Made by a program: the position numbers and the translations under genes. The notes under the pieces are model-generated. The model ran no database searches, was not told the origin of the DNA, and saw nothing but the letters and a program-made list of their open reading frames with translations. DNA of 64,000 nt from Ramazzottius varieornatus (lineage: Eukaryota > Animalia > Tardigrada), in the NCBI GenBank assembly GCA_001949185.1, contig BDGG01000001.1, forward strand, positions 1,858,478 through 1,922,477, given 5' to 3'. Below are positions 1 through 13,200 of the stretch, in pieces; positions within the stretch are counted from its first letter, which is position 1, and each line of letters opens with the position of its first letter.

Positions 1-175
1 CTGCAAGCACCCTCAAGCAAAAACTGTTGATCAACTTGCCTTCCGGTCCTAGCTTTGGGCTTTCCCTTCTCTTATCAAACTGCACAGATGTTATACCGTA
101 TGTTCTTCTTCGTCATGACTACTTTTCATCAGACTGGTACGCTTCGGGCGAAAGTTTCAGAAAGAACAGGTCTGA
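1..175 (+). CDS. Possible 3' end of an unidentified gene (…ASTLKQKLLINLPSGPSFGLSLLLSNCTDVIP/LVRFGRKFQKEQV*)
   Basis: The frame is open from the window start. A putative 35-nt GT-AG intron (98-132) joins it to a TGA at about 173-175. No family recognised. Confidence 0.25.
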
Positions 176-430
176 ATATTTTGGAATTTTACGGGCCATA
201 AGTCACCGAGAGAAACAAGGAAGTGCAGAAAGTAAAGAACCACTAAAACATAACGAAAGTGGACAGATTTTTTTCATAATTCACAATTAGCTGGTGTGCT
301 CATCGGGAAAGCAAACAAGTGGGAAAACTTGAAGAATGTATCAGGTAATTTTCTCAATTGCTCAAAAAGAAATTATTCCATGGCTTGCCGGAAATTGTTG
401 CGCTTGTGCACCTCTGTTTTTCGGCTTTCT

Positions 431-1285
431 TTAGTCCTTCTGCATGCCGATGACGCCGCAAGCCAATCGACCGCCTGCATTGCCAGTCTTTTTGCTTTCC
501 TCGTCGTTCCCTTTGCCCAGATCGTCACGCTTCTCGTGCACAACCCTGAACAAAATCGGCGGTGTGATAAGAGAAATAATAATGGATCAATATTATTATT
601 ATTGTATAAGTTCAAACAATCACAGCAACATACATGGCGCGTCCCACAATGCTGTGCTCGCCTTCCAAAGAAATCATTTTGTCCTCAATGCTGACTTTGA
701 CGGTTCCGCTGCCTGTAGACGATAAAGTAAATTATCATATCAGCAAGAAAATCGGCTTGAAGATACTAAACGGCGAAATTTTCTCAAGTGGCGCACATCT
801 TCGGCGAATTATAATGCAATCGCGCGCCACTTGAAGTAGACTTACTGTCGGCTATAACGTTGCCCAAGTCTCCAACATGACGCTCTGTGTCTTGAGGCGC
901 CCCATGAGTCTTTTTATGGGGGTTCAGATGTGCTCCGGCACTGGTACAGCCGTTTGTCAAGTCTCCAAACTCACTGTAAAAAGGAAAAGAAAAATCAAAC
1001 TGATAAGAGAGAAGGCAAGGTGACTAAATCAGATAAGGTCCATCACAAGGGCGACGGCGGTGAAAACAGCTTACTGGACGTGAAATCCGTGCTCTCCTGC
1101 GAAACAACAATTTAGTTCGGCTATCGTACCCTCATTGATTCTCATGAACCACTCATGCCCGTACCTGGAGCCAGGCCCTTGATTTCTCCGGTAACCTTGA
1201 CAGGTGCTCCAGCAGCAGATTGCTCGAAGTGGATGACTCCTTTCACGGGAGAGTCTCCGACGAGGATTGCGACGGCTTTGACCAT
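431..1285 (-). CDS. SOD1: Cu/Zn superoxide dismutase (cytosolic SOD1 type), 5 coding exons
   Basis: Missed by the ORF track. Spliced translation: [22 protein letters not shown]…[54 protein letters not shown]/…[40 protein letters not shown]. All Cu/Zn ligands and both Cys are present, and introns are GT-AG. Confidence 0.96.
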
Positions 1286-1794
1286 GTTCCCTGCAAAAGA
1301 GCCACATGTACCGAGGCCATGCGATTCCTTGCGTGAGTTGCGTCACTTACCGGCTTAGATTCGGAGGAACGCACAGAGAGACGATCCGATGAAGCAGGGA
1401 GCAGACTTTGAGGTGGAACGACGGTGGAAAGTAGAACTGCGACTAATGCTGTTTCGAAGGGGACAGTCAATCAATTTTGCGATCAATCAAGCTGCAAACA
1501 GCTGAGCTGTGGGCGGAATTTTGCTTTCACGAGCCAGTTGCGGCTGTCAGAACTGCCCTTGTGCATGCTCGGACCCGAACGACATGCACCACTGACTGCG
1601 CAAAGATGTTAACTTCGTGATGTCTTGTATGCAGGTGCGTGCTATCGCTAATGACTGCCGGGCTCCTTTTGTTCTCTAAAGCACTGCCACCGTTCCATCT
1701 TTTTTCTTTCCCAGTTACATTTCAAGTTCCTCCAGAAGTGCAACTACGGTACCTAAACTGGATGGCACTGCTTACACGGGTTACGTTTTGGTAA

Positions 1795-3230
1795 GGGCTC
1801 TTCTCACCACCGACACCACCGATGGGCTCCTCTCACCACTTCTAACTTATTCTTTAATTACATGAAATGTGGTGAGATCAACGAGGAAATTACTAGCTCA
1901 TCACAAGTCCACCAGGGTGGCGGCTGACTTGTCACTGTCATTACCGAAGGTCCAGAAATGAGCTGGAGGTTTGTGAGAAAGTTGTTGACGCAAGTGCTGT
2001 GTCAGTTTTGAACGTTCAAAATGACAGATCCAAATGCTGCGATCGCCTTGGGAGGCACTTTTCAGACTCACCAGGAATTTGAACGTATCATATAACTGTC
2101 GTTGAAGAGAGCAGAAAAGCTGAAGGACCCGTACAAGCATACACTCGAGTACAAATTCAAGCATCTGGTATGCAAGCACCACGGTGGATACGAGCCTTTG
2201 ATGGATACCGAGCGCCATCACACGCGAACTAACAACACCGGGTTTCCGGCCGAACTGTACCTATCAGCAGAAAAGGCGCAGAACAGGTTCATCATCCGAA
2301 CCTTCGAGAACTCTCACAATCATCCTGTATCGGCTGAGCTGTATGCTCAGTATACGGGGAACCGTCGGTTAACGTGGTGTTGAGTGTTTACTGTCACGGG
2401 AGGAATTGCGCGTGTTGTGCTGAACCAGACAGTTTACCCAAGCATCGTATGGGCAATGGCCGCACTGCTGGCTTAACGTGGTGGAGGGGCCATCTCGGGA
2501 TTACTCACGCCCGACCTACTACACGATGCAGGCTTTCGAGGTCTCGACAAAACACGCACATGTGCGCAAGTACGTTTCAGTGGCGTCAACCACTTCTTAG
2601 CTAGTTCCTGGAGCCCAGCAACACGAGATGTGAGCTTTTTTGACAGTGAACCAAGCGTAGCGTTAACCTGGCAGGTCAAGTAGTAGCTATGGCTGTGCTG
2701 TTCTCAAGGTGAGGAAGAATTCCGTTGTCGGAATGCATCAGTGCAAGACCAGGTTAACGGCGTGGATTGTGCGTTCTTTGCGCTGGCATTCGCTGCGGAA
2801 ACTGTTGCAAACAAAAACCCCAGAGAGATATCTTTCTCCGGGCGGAGTCTGCGGAACTGGGTGATCTCAAGTTTCAACGCAAAGAGAGCAACAGAGGCCA
2901 AGCGTAGACCCGGGCGCCCAGCCGCGCGAGTTCCTCTAAACTACCAGGACAACTCTACGTTCAATACACCGGACGATGTGGTAGCACATCTGGCGCAATG
3001 GACACCGGAGCCCCAACCTGACGCCGATCGCAGGATCGTCCCGGAAATAATCGTTCTCGAGTAGCTGTAGTCATCTGCTTACTACAATAGTGGGCTTGGT
3101 GGTGGTGCGATGAGCCGTGGATGGTGTCAACATTTAAAATGTCAGTGGTGAGCGGAGCCCATCAGTGGTGTGTCAATTAAAACCGGTGGTCAGATGAGCC
3201 CATCGGTGGTGTCGGTGGTGAGAGGAACCT
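1795..3230 (+). mobile_element. Internally deleted Mutator-like DNA transposon with Ulp1-like protease remnant
   Basis: About 35-bp TIRs (…CTCACCACCGACACCACCGATGGGCTC at ~1803-1829 and its inverse at ~3196-3223), with TAA on both sides. Internal ORF 2102-2383 resembles a ZSWIM3/FAR1-type N-terminal domain (CKHHG…HNHPVS…Y…RRL). 2560-3064 encodes a C48-like segment (NHF…FDS…QDQVNGVDCAFFALAFA) broken by TAG TAG. Confidence 0.7.
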
Positions 3231-3723
3231 TAAGTTTTACAGGAGCACGGCTGTTCCGAATGGCGACGGTCGATAGTTTTGATTTAAACAGCATTCGGCC
3301 ACGGATATTGGTGTTGCACAATAGTTTCGCCGTTCTTCGGACGACAATATCAAGCGGTTCACTGTGGGAACATGGGCAAGGATTTTAGAATTGAAGCGAG
3401 GGCTAAGTGATTGGTTTTCCGTTCCACGATATCGACAGATGGACAGTAGGTGTAATCATAGACGATGTTCTGTTTATACTTTTCATTTTCGCAGCAAAGC
3501 TCGCAAGATGAGACCTAAAAAGAGCAAGGTAGTCTTCGCGCTGGTTAAGCTAGCACAGCTCACCGCTTTTCTGATATTACAAAATGTTGTTTCTGCGTGA
3601 ATTGTCCTGTTTGTAGGGAGCGGAAGCACAGAGGGATACAGCATATATAAAGCCATGATACAGGAGTGTCGTCTACCGGGATACCATCAAAACGTAAAAT
3701 AATTGATGGAGGAGCTATGGTTT

Positions 3724-6140
3724 TTAAACTTTGCTCTCAGTAAGGATGTCCGGTACGCTCGTATCTTCTCTCTCCGCAGCCTTAGCGGTAAACATCTTGA
3801 TGGAAGCTGCACGTAGGCGGGCCACTGCTCTTCTACCATTAACGATGGATCCACCCATTTCCGAATCCTTGCTTCCATCAGGCGATTCCGCGTAGACAGA
3901 TGCGAATGTTCCCAGCCGGCGCCGAAGAAAAGTACTGGGTCTGTGCAACCACTGCGAAACGTCACGGCGGCTCCCGCAGGTTAGAATTGCGCACAACGCC
4001 GAACGAGCCTGAAATACAACTCATTAGGAGACATTTTCGCAAAGGTTTCGTTTGATTTAGCAATGACGCAGCGGACTTACCTGGGGATTCATAAAAATAT
4101 AGATAATTGGATTGTAAAGGAAAGAAGCTTTGGCAAATACTGCTGGCATAGTGGCAATTGGCGCGGTTATGAGGTCTCCAAAGCCGAAAACGGCAGTGGC
4201 GGAAACGATCGTATAGGGCATCCAGGCGATAAAGAATGCCGCAATCATGACGCTGATCATCTTGGTGACGTTCCGCTGACTCTTGGCTACCCCCTGTCCA
4301 CTCCGAGCATGCTGCGAAGATTTACACTATGTTACAGTATATCTGAACTGTTATGTGGACGACGTTGAAAATACAGTATGAGAGCTAACCAGACGAAACG
4401 TACAAAATCGTTATGCCGAGTGGCGCACTCCAACAGCCAACAAAACTGAAGACGTGCGCCACTTCTGCGTATTGTTTGCCCAGCTCCCATGCTACGTAGA
4501 ACGTAAGGGAATCAGCCACAAATCATATGTATGAGATATTTGTGCGAGTAACGCTTTGCTTACCCTCTTCACGAAGACAATGATGGAGCCGTAACAAAAG
4601 CAGATGATGCCGGCAGGAATTATCAGCGCGAATACGATGAGGTACACGATGTAGCTGCGGTCAGCAAATTCGGGGGACTCCCAGTTTGGCGCGCAGGCGA
4701 TGTTTGGGCTCTCCAGTTCTAGACTGTAATTTGACATATCCCATTTATAGGCCAAAGGGCAAGGGCCTTATTAATGTTGATGGCGTCATCTCATTACTCT
4801 CATGAAACTCCTGGAGAAGATACCATCGATATATACCATACCTGCTCCATCCGGTGACAGTAGGAAGCATCCCCGCTAGCGCATACACCCACACTGCAAC
4901 ATTTTATCCTTGTGATCAATAATTGTGCTCAGCAATTCCGGATGCCTGCGAAGAGCCAGAACCATGCCGACATACCCAGAAAGACAGCGAGGACGGTCAC
5001 CGGTTTGGAAATTGTACCGGAATGGGTGATGAGCCAATATCGCTCCAGCGCAATTACGGATAGTGAGCCAATTGATGCGATACCTGAGGACGATCCAAAA
5101 TGCAAACTCGCACGAGACCTTTTGCAAAAATGAACAAAGTTTTCTCTTCGATATGGTCAACTGGAACTCAGATTCTGAAGTACGCTGAAGGTCATAATAC
5201 TGTGCACCAAATTATAACCACGAGTTACGTAAGGACTTTTCTGAGTAGCTATTGATCCGAGAAACTACTTCATTCTTTCCCAGCCGATGAAGAGCTTGCG
5301 CGTGCTAATAGTGAGCCAGCCTGTCAAGATCACAGCTTACTGTGCATTTCTAAGTGCGGGACAAGAGATCTTCAGCTTTGTCTCTTTTGGATTTCTCTTT
5401 TGTGTTACATAATAATTACGGCGTTCAGGGACTCAATGGACTGTAGAAAAACATGATAAGCCCGAATTTACCAGACACCCCCGTGGCAAAGGCGTAAGCT
5501 TGACATAATCCTTCCCCGAAGATCCAGTGACCATGAAAAGCTGCTACAGCTGTCCAGGGAGTACCTATGTGGGAGAAAAATCCGACTAACATAAAAATCA
5601 GATTTTGAGCAGTGGCCAAATCAAATTATTTGGGAACGGGGCAAATATACTGAACCAGTTTATCTTTCCAAAGTAGCGCACGCTTCCAGCCAATAACTCC
5701 GGAAAAGTGCGCCACTTGAAGATGGAAATCCGGCTCAACCCTTTGCCCAGCTCTTATTTTGAATTCAAACTCACCACAAACAGAAATCAGTAAATCGCCT
5801 GAAACAAGAGCAGAGACTGCCTTTAAGCTTTGATTTTAGCGACTGAAAGAAGTGGAGAGACAAACTTACTGACGGTGAGGTTGAGTAGCATCAAATTGAC
5901 CGGTGTCCGGAGTTGTGGATTCTTGAAGAGCACGATGATGACGCTTAGGTTGGCCAAAGTACTGCCGATAGCGATGACACCAAGAAAAGTCGCCGTCCAC
6001 AAGTAGCCTTCCGGAGATAACCTCTTGCTGGACCCGTTTTGGGCTTGATGATGAAGAGCCCACTTCCAGCCGTCGTTGGCGATGCTGGGTAGAGTCGCAA
6101 GACTCGAGGACAACACGGTAAAGTTTTGCTCGAAGGTCAT
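3724..6140 (-). CDS. Ciliary-type opsin (c-opsin/pteropsin-like), about 8 exons
   Basis: LRTPVNLMLLNL, a 24-nt exon SDLLISVCG (5775-5798), GHWIFGEGLCQAYAF, ALERY, ACAPNW, FFIAWMPY, and the retinal-binding Lys in PAVFAKASFLYNPIIYIFMNPQ. Confidence 0.92.
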
Positions 6141-7240
6141 CTTTGCAGCAGCTATGTCCGATGCCGAAAAATTTTCGAGCTTGAACAAGTTAAGGAGCTC
6201 GCAGCTAAGGAGCTACTTGAAGCGCCACATCCAAATAGAAGATGACTTGACGTGCGAGGATTATTTGTACAGAAGATTAGCATGCATAAGATGTGGGCGA
6301 AGTGAGACGAAGACTTGGCGCGCCAAGATGACTTTCGAGTCCAAGTGTCCCACGCCCTCGAAGTTGTAAACGAACATAGCTAGTCTTCTCGACGTCTGAA
6401 GCCGCAAGAACTTGATCCAAACAATCGCTTGGAAGAGATGGGCTCCGGTAGCTTGTAATTGCCAGGTCAAAACAAGCGGAAACTCGCACTTGATAGAAGG
6501 TACACCACCATACTTTCCAGTCAACACATACCCTCATCAAGTCATGTTTCTCGGGATCAGCCAGCGAACTCTCAGGCAGACAGGCCCACAAACGCTAGTC
6601 GTGCAAGTAATTCCGAGATCGGACTGGCAATGGCAAGCCCGCCCTTTCCAAGTTGCGTTCTGTACAACGACCCAATGGGGAACCGCCGCTCTTCGCTGGA
6701 TCTTTCCATCGGCGAGTAGACGTTAGGAAAGACCATATGGCGCTCTTTACAAATGGTCGTAAAAGATTCACGCTTCGACCTTTATTCGACTCGACGGGAT
6801 GATCGACAAGTGAAATTCAGCAGAAGACCGTATAGGGTTTCAGCATTAACAACATCACAAAAATTCATTATCGATTAGAACGATTTGACACCAAACCGAC
6901 CAAACGGTAACAAGCCAGCTGCATCAGGTAACTAACAACGAATGAATACAGTATTATTCGAGAACTCCGAAATTTTTTGTTTTTGTTCCATAAACTCTGT
7001 CTGAAGTGAAACCGGACATTGATCCGTAAAGTGCACTGCGATTTTGAAGCTCCTCCATGAACATTGTTAGACAAAACTCGGATTCTCGGAAGCAAGTCTT
7101 TGTTCAGTCACTGGTGAAACACGGCCCACCCTCACACGGACGTATATGTATTTATATGTCCCGCGTTACTTTGAGATTATTTCGTGCTGGTAAATGGAGC
7201 TCCGTCACCGGATAACCCCGTCCCGGTATTACTAACGGTA

Positions 7241-10200
7241 CTAATATGCGCGAACGCATGTGTCGGTGGAGGTCTCATGATGGTTCTCATTGACGGTCTT
7301 CAAGTTCAGCAGTGAATTCTCCGATGTTTGCCGTCGGTTCATTAACGAAGCGCCCCGTCCGATGAATGGGCTGCTGTTCGTCGCTTTGAGGCTGGGCTTT
7401 GTCTTTTGTGGGCACACTACGGGTGACGAACCCGCAGTCAGGAAGAAGGTCTCCATTATACCTTTTCCCTGCAATGCAACCCGGCATGAGTGAGCACTTC
7501 TATTGAAGCAAGAACACCTGCGGAAATTACATGTGATCGCAAAATAGCCAACTTGATTAGTCTACAGTCACCCTCACGGCTATCCTTACCCCGTGGTCTT
7601 TCTTTGCTTGCATGTATCTTTTGATTCTATCGTTCAATTTTCATGATTTGAACGACATTACCTACAGCACACCTTTAGATTCTCTGATCACGTGACAGAC
7701 GGATCGCCTGCTCACTCGTGAGCCGTGGCTGGTTCGTACAAGGGAATATCGGTAATTTTTGGCGGCTGAAGTTACCTCACGTGAGAGACTTATGGAAATA
7801 CCTTAAACGGCAAAAATGTAGCCCACACATCACTGTCTGGACAGCGGTAAAAGATCTCCGGCAAACATTTTCCTCCGAATTTTGGCCAAATAGGCTCTAC
7901 CACCCACTTTGCAATGTTTTTCATGGATGAGAGACTTAAACTTTGGATACTTGCCTTCGTGGACATACGATTGCTGCGAAACAAATTTTCGTCACTAGAA
8001 GAGTGTTTGTTCTGTTCACGAAGTGTAGTCTCCTGGTATAAAATCCACAAGTCAGCAAGAAGGAAAATGATCCATTCAGGTTTAACGGGAGAGTGAGCGG
8101 TGGAATCCATTTGGAAAAGTTTCCTGGTAAATTTTTGCCGGAGATCTCTTTTACCACTGTCCAGACAGTGATGTGTGGGCTACATTTTCGCCGTTTAGGT
8201 ATTCCCATAAGTCTCTCACGTGAGGTAACTTCAGCCGCCAAAAATTACCGATATTCCCTTGTACGTACCAGCTACGGCTCACGAGTGAGCAGGCGATACG
8301 TCTGTCATGTGATCAGAGAATCCAAAGGTGTGCTTAGGTAATGTCGTTCAAATCAACAAAATTGAACGATCATCAAATTTGAAAGGAAGATCATGGGGTG
8401 ACGATGATCCGTGAGCGTGACTGTACTTATCAGACTGGGTTCGAAGCTAATCTCGCTATCTTGTCAGTCGGCTTTCTTGGTTTCCAGTAGCGCAAAATGA
8501 GAGACTCACCTTCACCGAAATCTGGCCCCTGGATTCCAAATGAAACTCGCTCATCCCGGCGATTAGTTTGGCGGTGGCGCCACTTAATTGGATCTTATTG
8601 GCTACAATGAATCACCATTCGGTATTAGCTTCTCATCAAAAAACGCCCGTAGAACTCCACGCCTACCGAGTGGCCAGTCGAAATTTTCAAGATCGGTTAT
8701 CCCTGTCAACGAATTGACCCACAGTCATCAATTTCTGGAAGACCTCTTCTCCCTCTACCAACATCCGGTGCAGACTCGGTCGAAATAGGAAGTGACTCCC
8801 TACGAAAAGTTAATTCACTGAGGGAGGGCGAAAGTGCTGATTTCCCAACGGCCATTTTTCCCCTGCTGGAGCTCGAGGGCAAGAAATCATGTGGCCGACT
8901 GTGTAGCGCTTTTGAAAAGCTGCAACGGCAAGCCTTTTAAGATATGGTTTGTCAACATTCCCAGCTAATCAAACAACGGCCATTCACGTTGGACGCATGC
9001 TCAGTAAAAATAAACCAAACAAGGGTGGTCAAAACTTTTTCCCTTGGTTTTCGTATCCGCAGTCTTTCTTATACAGGACGCTGGGAGCGTTCATTCAGTC
9101 CGTGTATAGGCTCGAGGGGTGATTCCTCTTTTCACCAAACATATTAAAAATTCTGAAAGCACCGTACGTCGTGAAAAAATTATCTTCGTCTCAGTTGACG
9201 TAGGGAATTTCGGATGAATTTGCCGGATTCCACCTATGCATTTTATTTTTCTCACGGTTTTGGCTGGAGGTTACCGACTGGTCGTCTTCAAGATATCAGT
9301 ACAACAGGGTTTTTCTTATCTTGATATTAATTTTGCCACCAGTTTACTTTCACGATGCGCCATGGCGGAGGGTTTTCACAATAACAACGGGGGAAATTTT
9401 TCTCCATCGCCCTTTCCCCACGAAATTCTCTTCCTGGACGGAAATAATAATGATAATAATTCCAATAATAGCGTGATCTCAGTTTGATTAAAACAAAGAA
9501 CATACACCTTAGTACCGACCACGTGTAGTTGTGTTTCCAAAAAGGTAAAACGGAATTTGTCTCAGATGGAAACGTTTTGGAGGAGTTACGAACGGCCACC
9601 CGGTAGTACTACTCACGTTCGCTGGTGCTTTCCATGCGACTTGCGGTGTTAACTGTGTCACCAAACCTAAAAGATAAAGTGAAGCTAAGCACTCGGGCCT
9701 TTCCAGGAAAAATTTTGGTTGAAGCTTGCTTACAAGCAGTAACGGGGCATCTTGTTTCCTGATAATGGAAAAGCCAGTTAAACCCGCGCGGTTGTATGTA
9801 CATATGGGATATTCGCATAGATCAAACGAGGGAATATGAGTACCGAGGCTTACCAACCACACCTGTCGAAAACAGAAAGCATGTCTAATCATCCAGCAAG
9901 ATCGATAATACCAGTTGAGAGTTGGGCAAAGAAAACGTACAAGACCGGGATCTGAAGCGCCACTTACAATATCGATCTTGGACGTTTTATCTGCCCGGCT
10001 ACTAGTAACATTTGTGACAAGCGGAGCAAAACCAATTACCAGCCACACAAGGACCAGAATGCAAGCCAATACGAATTTTGAAGTGCTCGTTGGGACGATG
10101 AGGAATGCGGAAGTGACCGGAAGCTTGAAGAATATTCAAAGCCAACAAGGAGATGACTCGTGCATGTGCGTTGCCGTTCCTGTTGGGTAGACCACTGACA

Positions 10201-13200
10201 ACCTGAAATATACAGACAACGTCCGCTCGGTTTTCCATGCGCGAAAAAGTTACCAATAGTAATTTGATGCTCACCATGTAGGCATCGCCGATAGTTTCGA
10301 CTTTGTATGCGTCAAAGTTCTCGATAATGCCGTCAAAAAGCTTGTACAGCTCGTTTAGCATTTGGACAACCTGCTGGGGCGAGCTTTCAGCGGAGATAGT
10401 CGTGAATGACACTAAACAAAGTTTGCTCTGTTAGCAGCACCGGAAGAAGGAAGCGGGTTGGATGAAATACAGAACGGACGTACCAATATCACTGAAGTAA
10501 ACTGTAACGCAGTCGTATGGTTCCGGATCAACCGGGTTCTTCGCAATGAGCCTATCTGCAACCGACCTAAAATACGAGATGCTTTATCCCATGTTGACAA
10601 GGTTGATCCAAAGTAACAAGCACTTACTTTGGAAGAAGCTCGTATAATAACGACTGCATCTTGTGCTGCTCTTCTCTGAGCTGCTGGGTCCTTACTTCCA
10701 CCTCATGCTCCAGCTGACCGGCGTCTACAGATAGTAGACTAAGTAATATTACGTAATATTACGTAGAAAAGTGGTGACGGTGAAAGTTAGTGTGAGAGCC
10801 AAGCGTGACTTACAGGCTTGAATGCGGTCCATCAGGTTATCAAACAAATTCCGCTTTACGGTTCCTCGCCATCCTCGGAGTTTATTTTTCAAGTACGGTA
10901 GTAAAGGTCTATCTTCCGGCAGCTCGGACCAGCACTTTTCCATCACACCGCGTAGCCCGTCACATGTGTTTACCCCATCGGGTAGGATCGGGCGGAAAGG
11001 CACCGGTCCACCCCTCTTCACTCGCCAGATGATATCTGACAACAGTCAGAAATGAAGCCCCCCGGCTAGTCTGTTAAACTCAAAAACCTCTGGCATTCAA
11101 CATACCTTCAGGATCGTATTTGACTGTTTGCCGATCGTCGGACGGGTACGGAGGAGACGACGCGGTTATTTCCTGTATTATTATGCCAATGCTGTAAACA
11201 TCAGCCCTCTGGTAGTCGGGTTCCACGGCACCTCGCAAGAGTTCCGGCGCGGTCCACAGCTTCTCCCAGGGACACATGTTGTCCAGTGCCGGCTGAAGAC
11301 ATTTCGGCGCGTAGTCTCTGATCTTCAGTACGAATGTTCGATCAATCATGCAATTCAGGCTGGACAGACGCCGGTGACTGTGGAAGAACTTGTGAATGTA
11401 CATCAGACCCTGCAATACGATTAAGCATTTTTTAATACGATAAGTACCTACGATTTCGACAAACGAAACGTACAGGATCGTCTTCCCATGTGGCTCACGT
11501 TTCTGGTCATTAACGGTAGGAATATGCACCACTGGGAAAAGCGATCTGATCGGTTTCCACAAGTTGCGCCCGTCGTCATTGTAGTTGCCTGAAGCGTGCG
11601 CCACTTAAGGTTCTGCACGTTTCGTTTGCCGACCTGCCACATACGGACTTTTCCGGTTAGAGACAGGGGGAAAAAATACGGTAGTACCTCGATAAGATCA
11701 CTAAGAAGTGAATAGCGAAAGCTCCATTCCAGTTCGCCCAACGTGAGCAAGTCAGCAAGTGTGCCTCTGGGTGCGTGCTCGTTGACCACCTTGCAGTCGT
11801 TGTTCTCAACGACGTAGCCCAGAATTTTGAGCAGATTAACGTGGTTGTGTAGCCGGACATCGCGAAGTTCGCTCAGCATGTTACAGGACAGTTTCCAGGA
11901 GTAAGTTAGCTTGCGGGTGGCGACAACTTGGCTGTTGTAGTGGACGAGGGCTACGTCCTTGCAATACCGGTGTTCACTCTTCTGATCTTCCTGTATCCAC
12001 CAAAGCCACATTTAACAGAGCGCAAACAGACTATAGAGGCAATTTAACGTACCTGGTACCACGTTATACCGCTTGCTGTGGACAGCCCATCGAAGCTCTT
12101 CGGAAGAGACATACGTTTTCCCTCAAGCATGGCCTTCTGGTCAGGTATCGGCTTCAGCTCGTCCGGGTTGATAATCCACCATTTGCTTCCCAGTTGAGCT
12201 TTCTTGACGTAGTAACTGTAAAAGATTGATCATAAACCCAGGGCTCGATAGAAACCGAAACATGTACCACACATTCCAGATATATTGATACCAGGTGTTT
12301 CAGCTCACCTGATTGCTACACTAGCCACGATAGCTCCGACTATTGAACAAGTTATAAGTCCGAAAACGAAGGCCGGTGTATTGGTCCAAACGGTAGTTTT
12401 ATGCGTAGTTGTGAATATGGGAGCAGCTGCAAAAAAATGCATGTTTACCATCAATATGGGAACACACTCGCCAGTACCATTTTCCCCAACTGGCGCACGC
12501 GCTCAGCCAATAGCACCGAAAATGTGCGCTACTTGAAACAGCATCCTTGTCTTGTTTGCTTATGAGATACTATACTGTACAGGTGAACTTTTCTCACGCG
12601 TGGTTAACGGGGAACATGCTGGCTGGTAATAATCTTCATCCATGGCGAACTTCAGATCCGTATCCCCTTCTAAGTAGTACATCCAAGTCTCGAAAGTATC
12701 CGTAGAACTGTTGTAAGCTCTCAAGGCGAAACTGCCCTCGGTGTCGCCTTCATCGTTCAGCACAATGGTACCGAGGTTCGGTATTCTGAAGGTTTTCTTT
12801 CTTCTGATAATCTCTAGTATCCTTTGTTTCCAAAATGGGGGTACTTGGTCGGCGTCCGCTGGTCTCCCGTAACGATCGAAGTACTCTTTCACCGCTTGAC
12901 CAAAGACATGTACGGAAGCGTAGTACCCCATCACGCTCGGATTAATCTGCAAACACAGGCTGTGTACAAAGTCAGTCCATGAAAGTCGGTGACTCCTACG
13001 AGGGACAACTTACCCCTTCTTCCACAAGCGTCTGTTCATAGAAGAATTCATCGGAAAATTCGTGCTTGTTGTTCCTGACGTACTCCAGGACTTTGTCGTT
13101 TAGGTCGCGCATATGCTGTTCGGCTGTCTCCGGCATGTAGTAGGTCATCAGAAACGTCTGTTTGTAAGCCTCTTGCAGGTACATCTGAAATAAAGAAAGT

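Noticed and set aside
6261-6726. Overlapping short ORFs upstream of the opsin
   Set aside because: No homology cue or consistent splice structure; likely 5' UTR or promoter.
7718-8341. ORFs sharing [10 protein letters not shown]
   Set aside because: They are translations of the two arms of the non-coding foldback.
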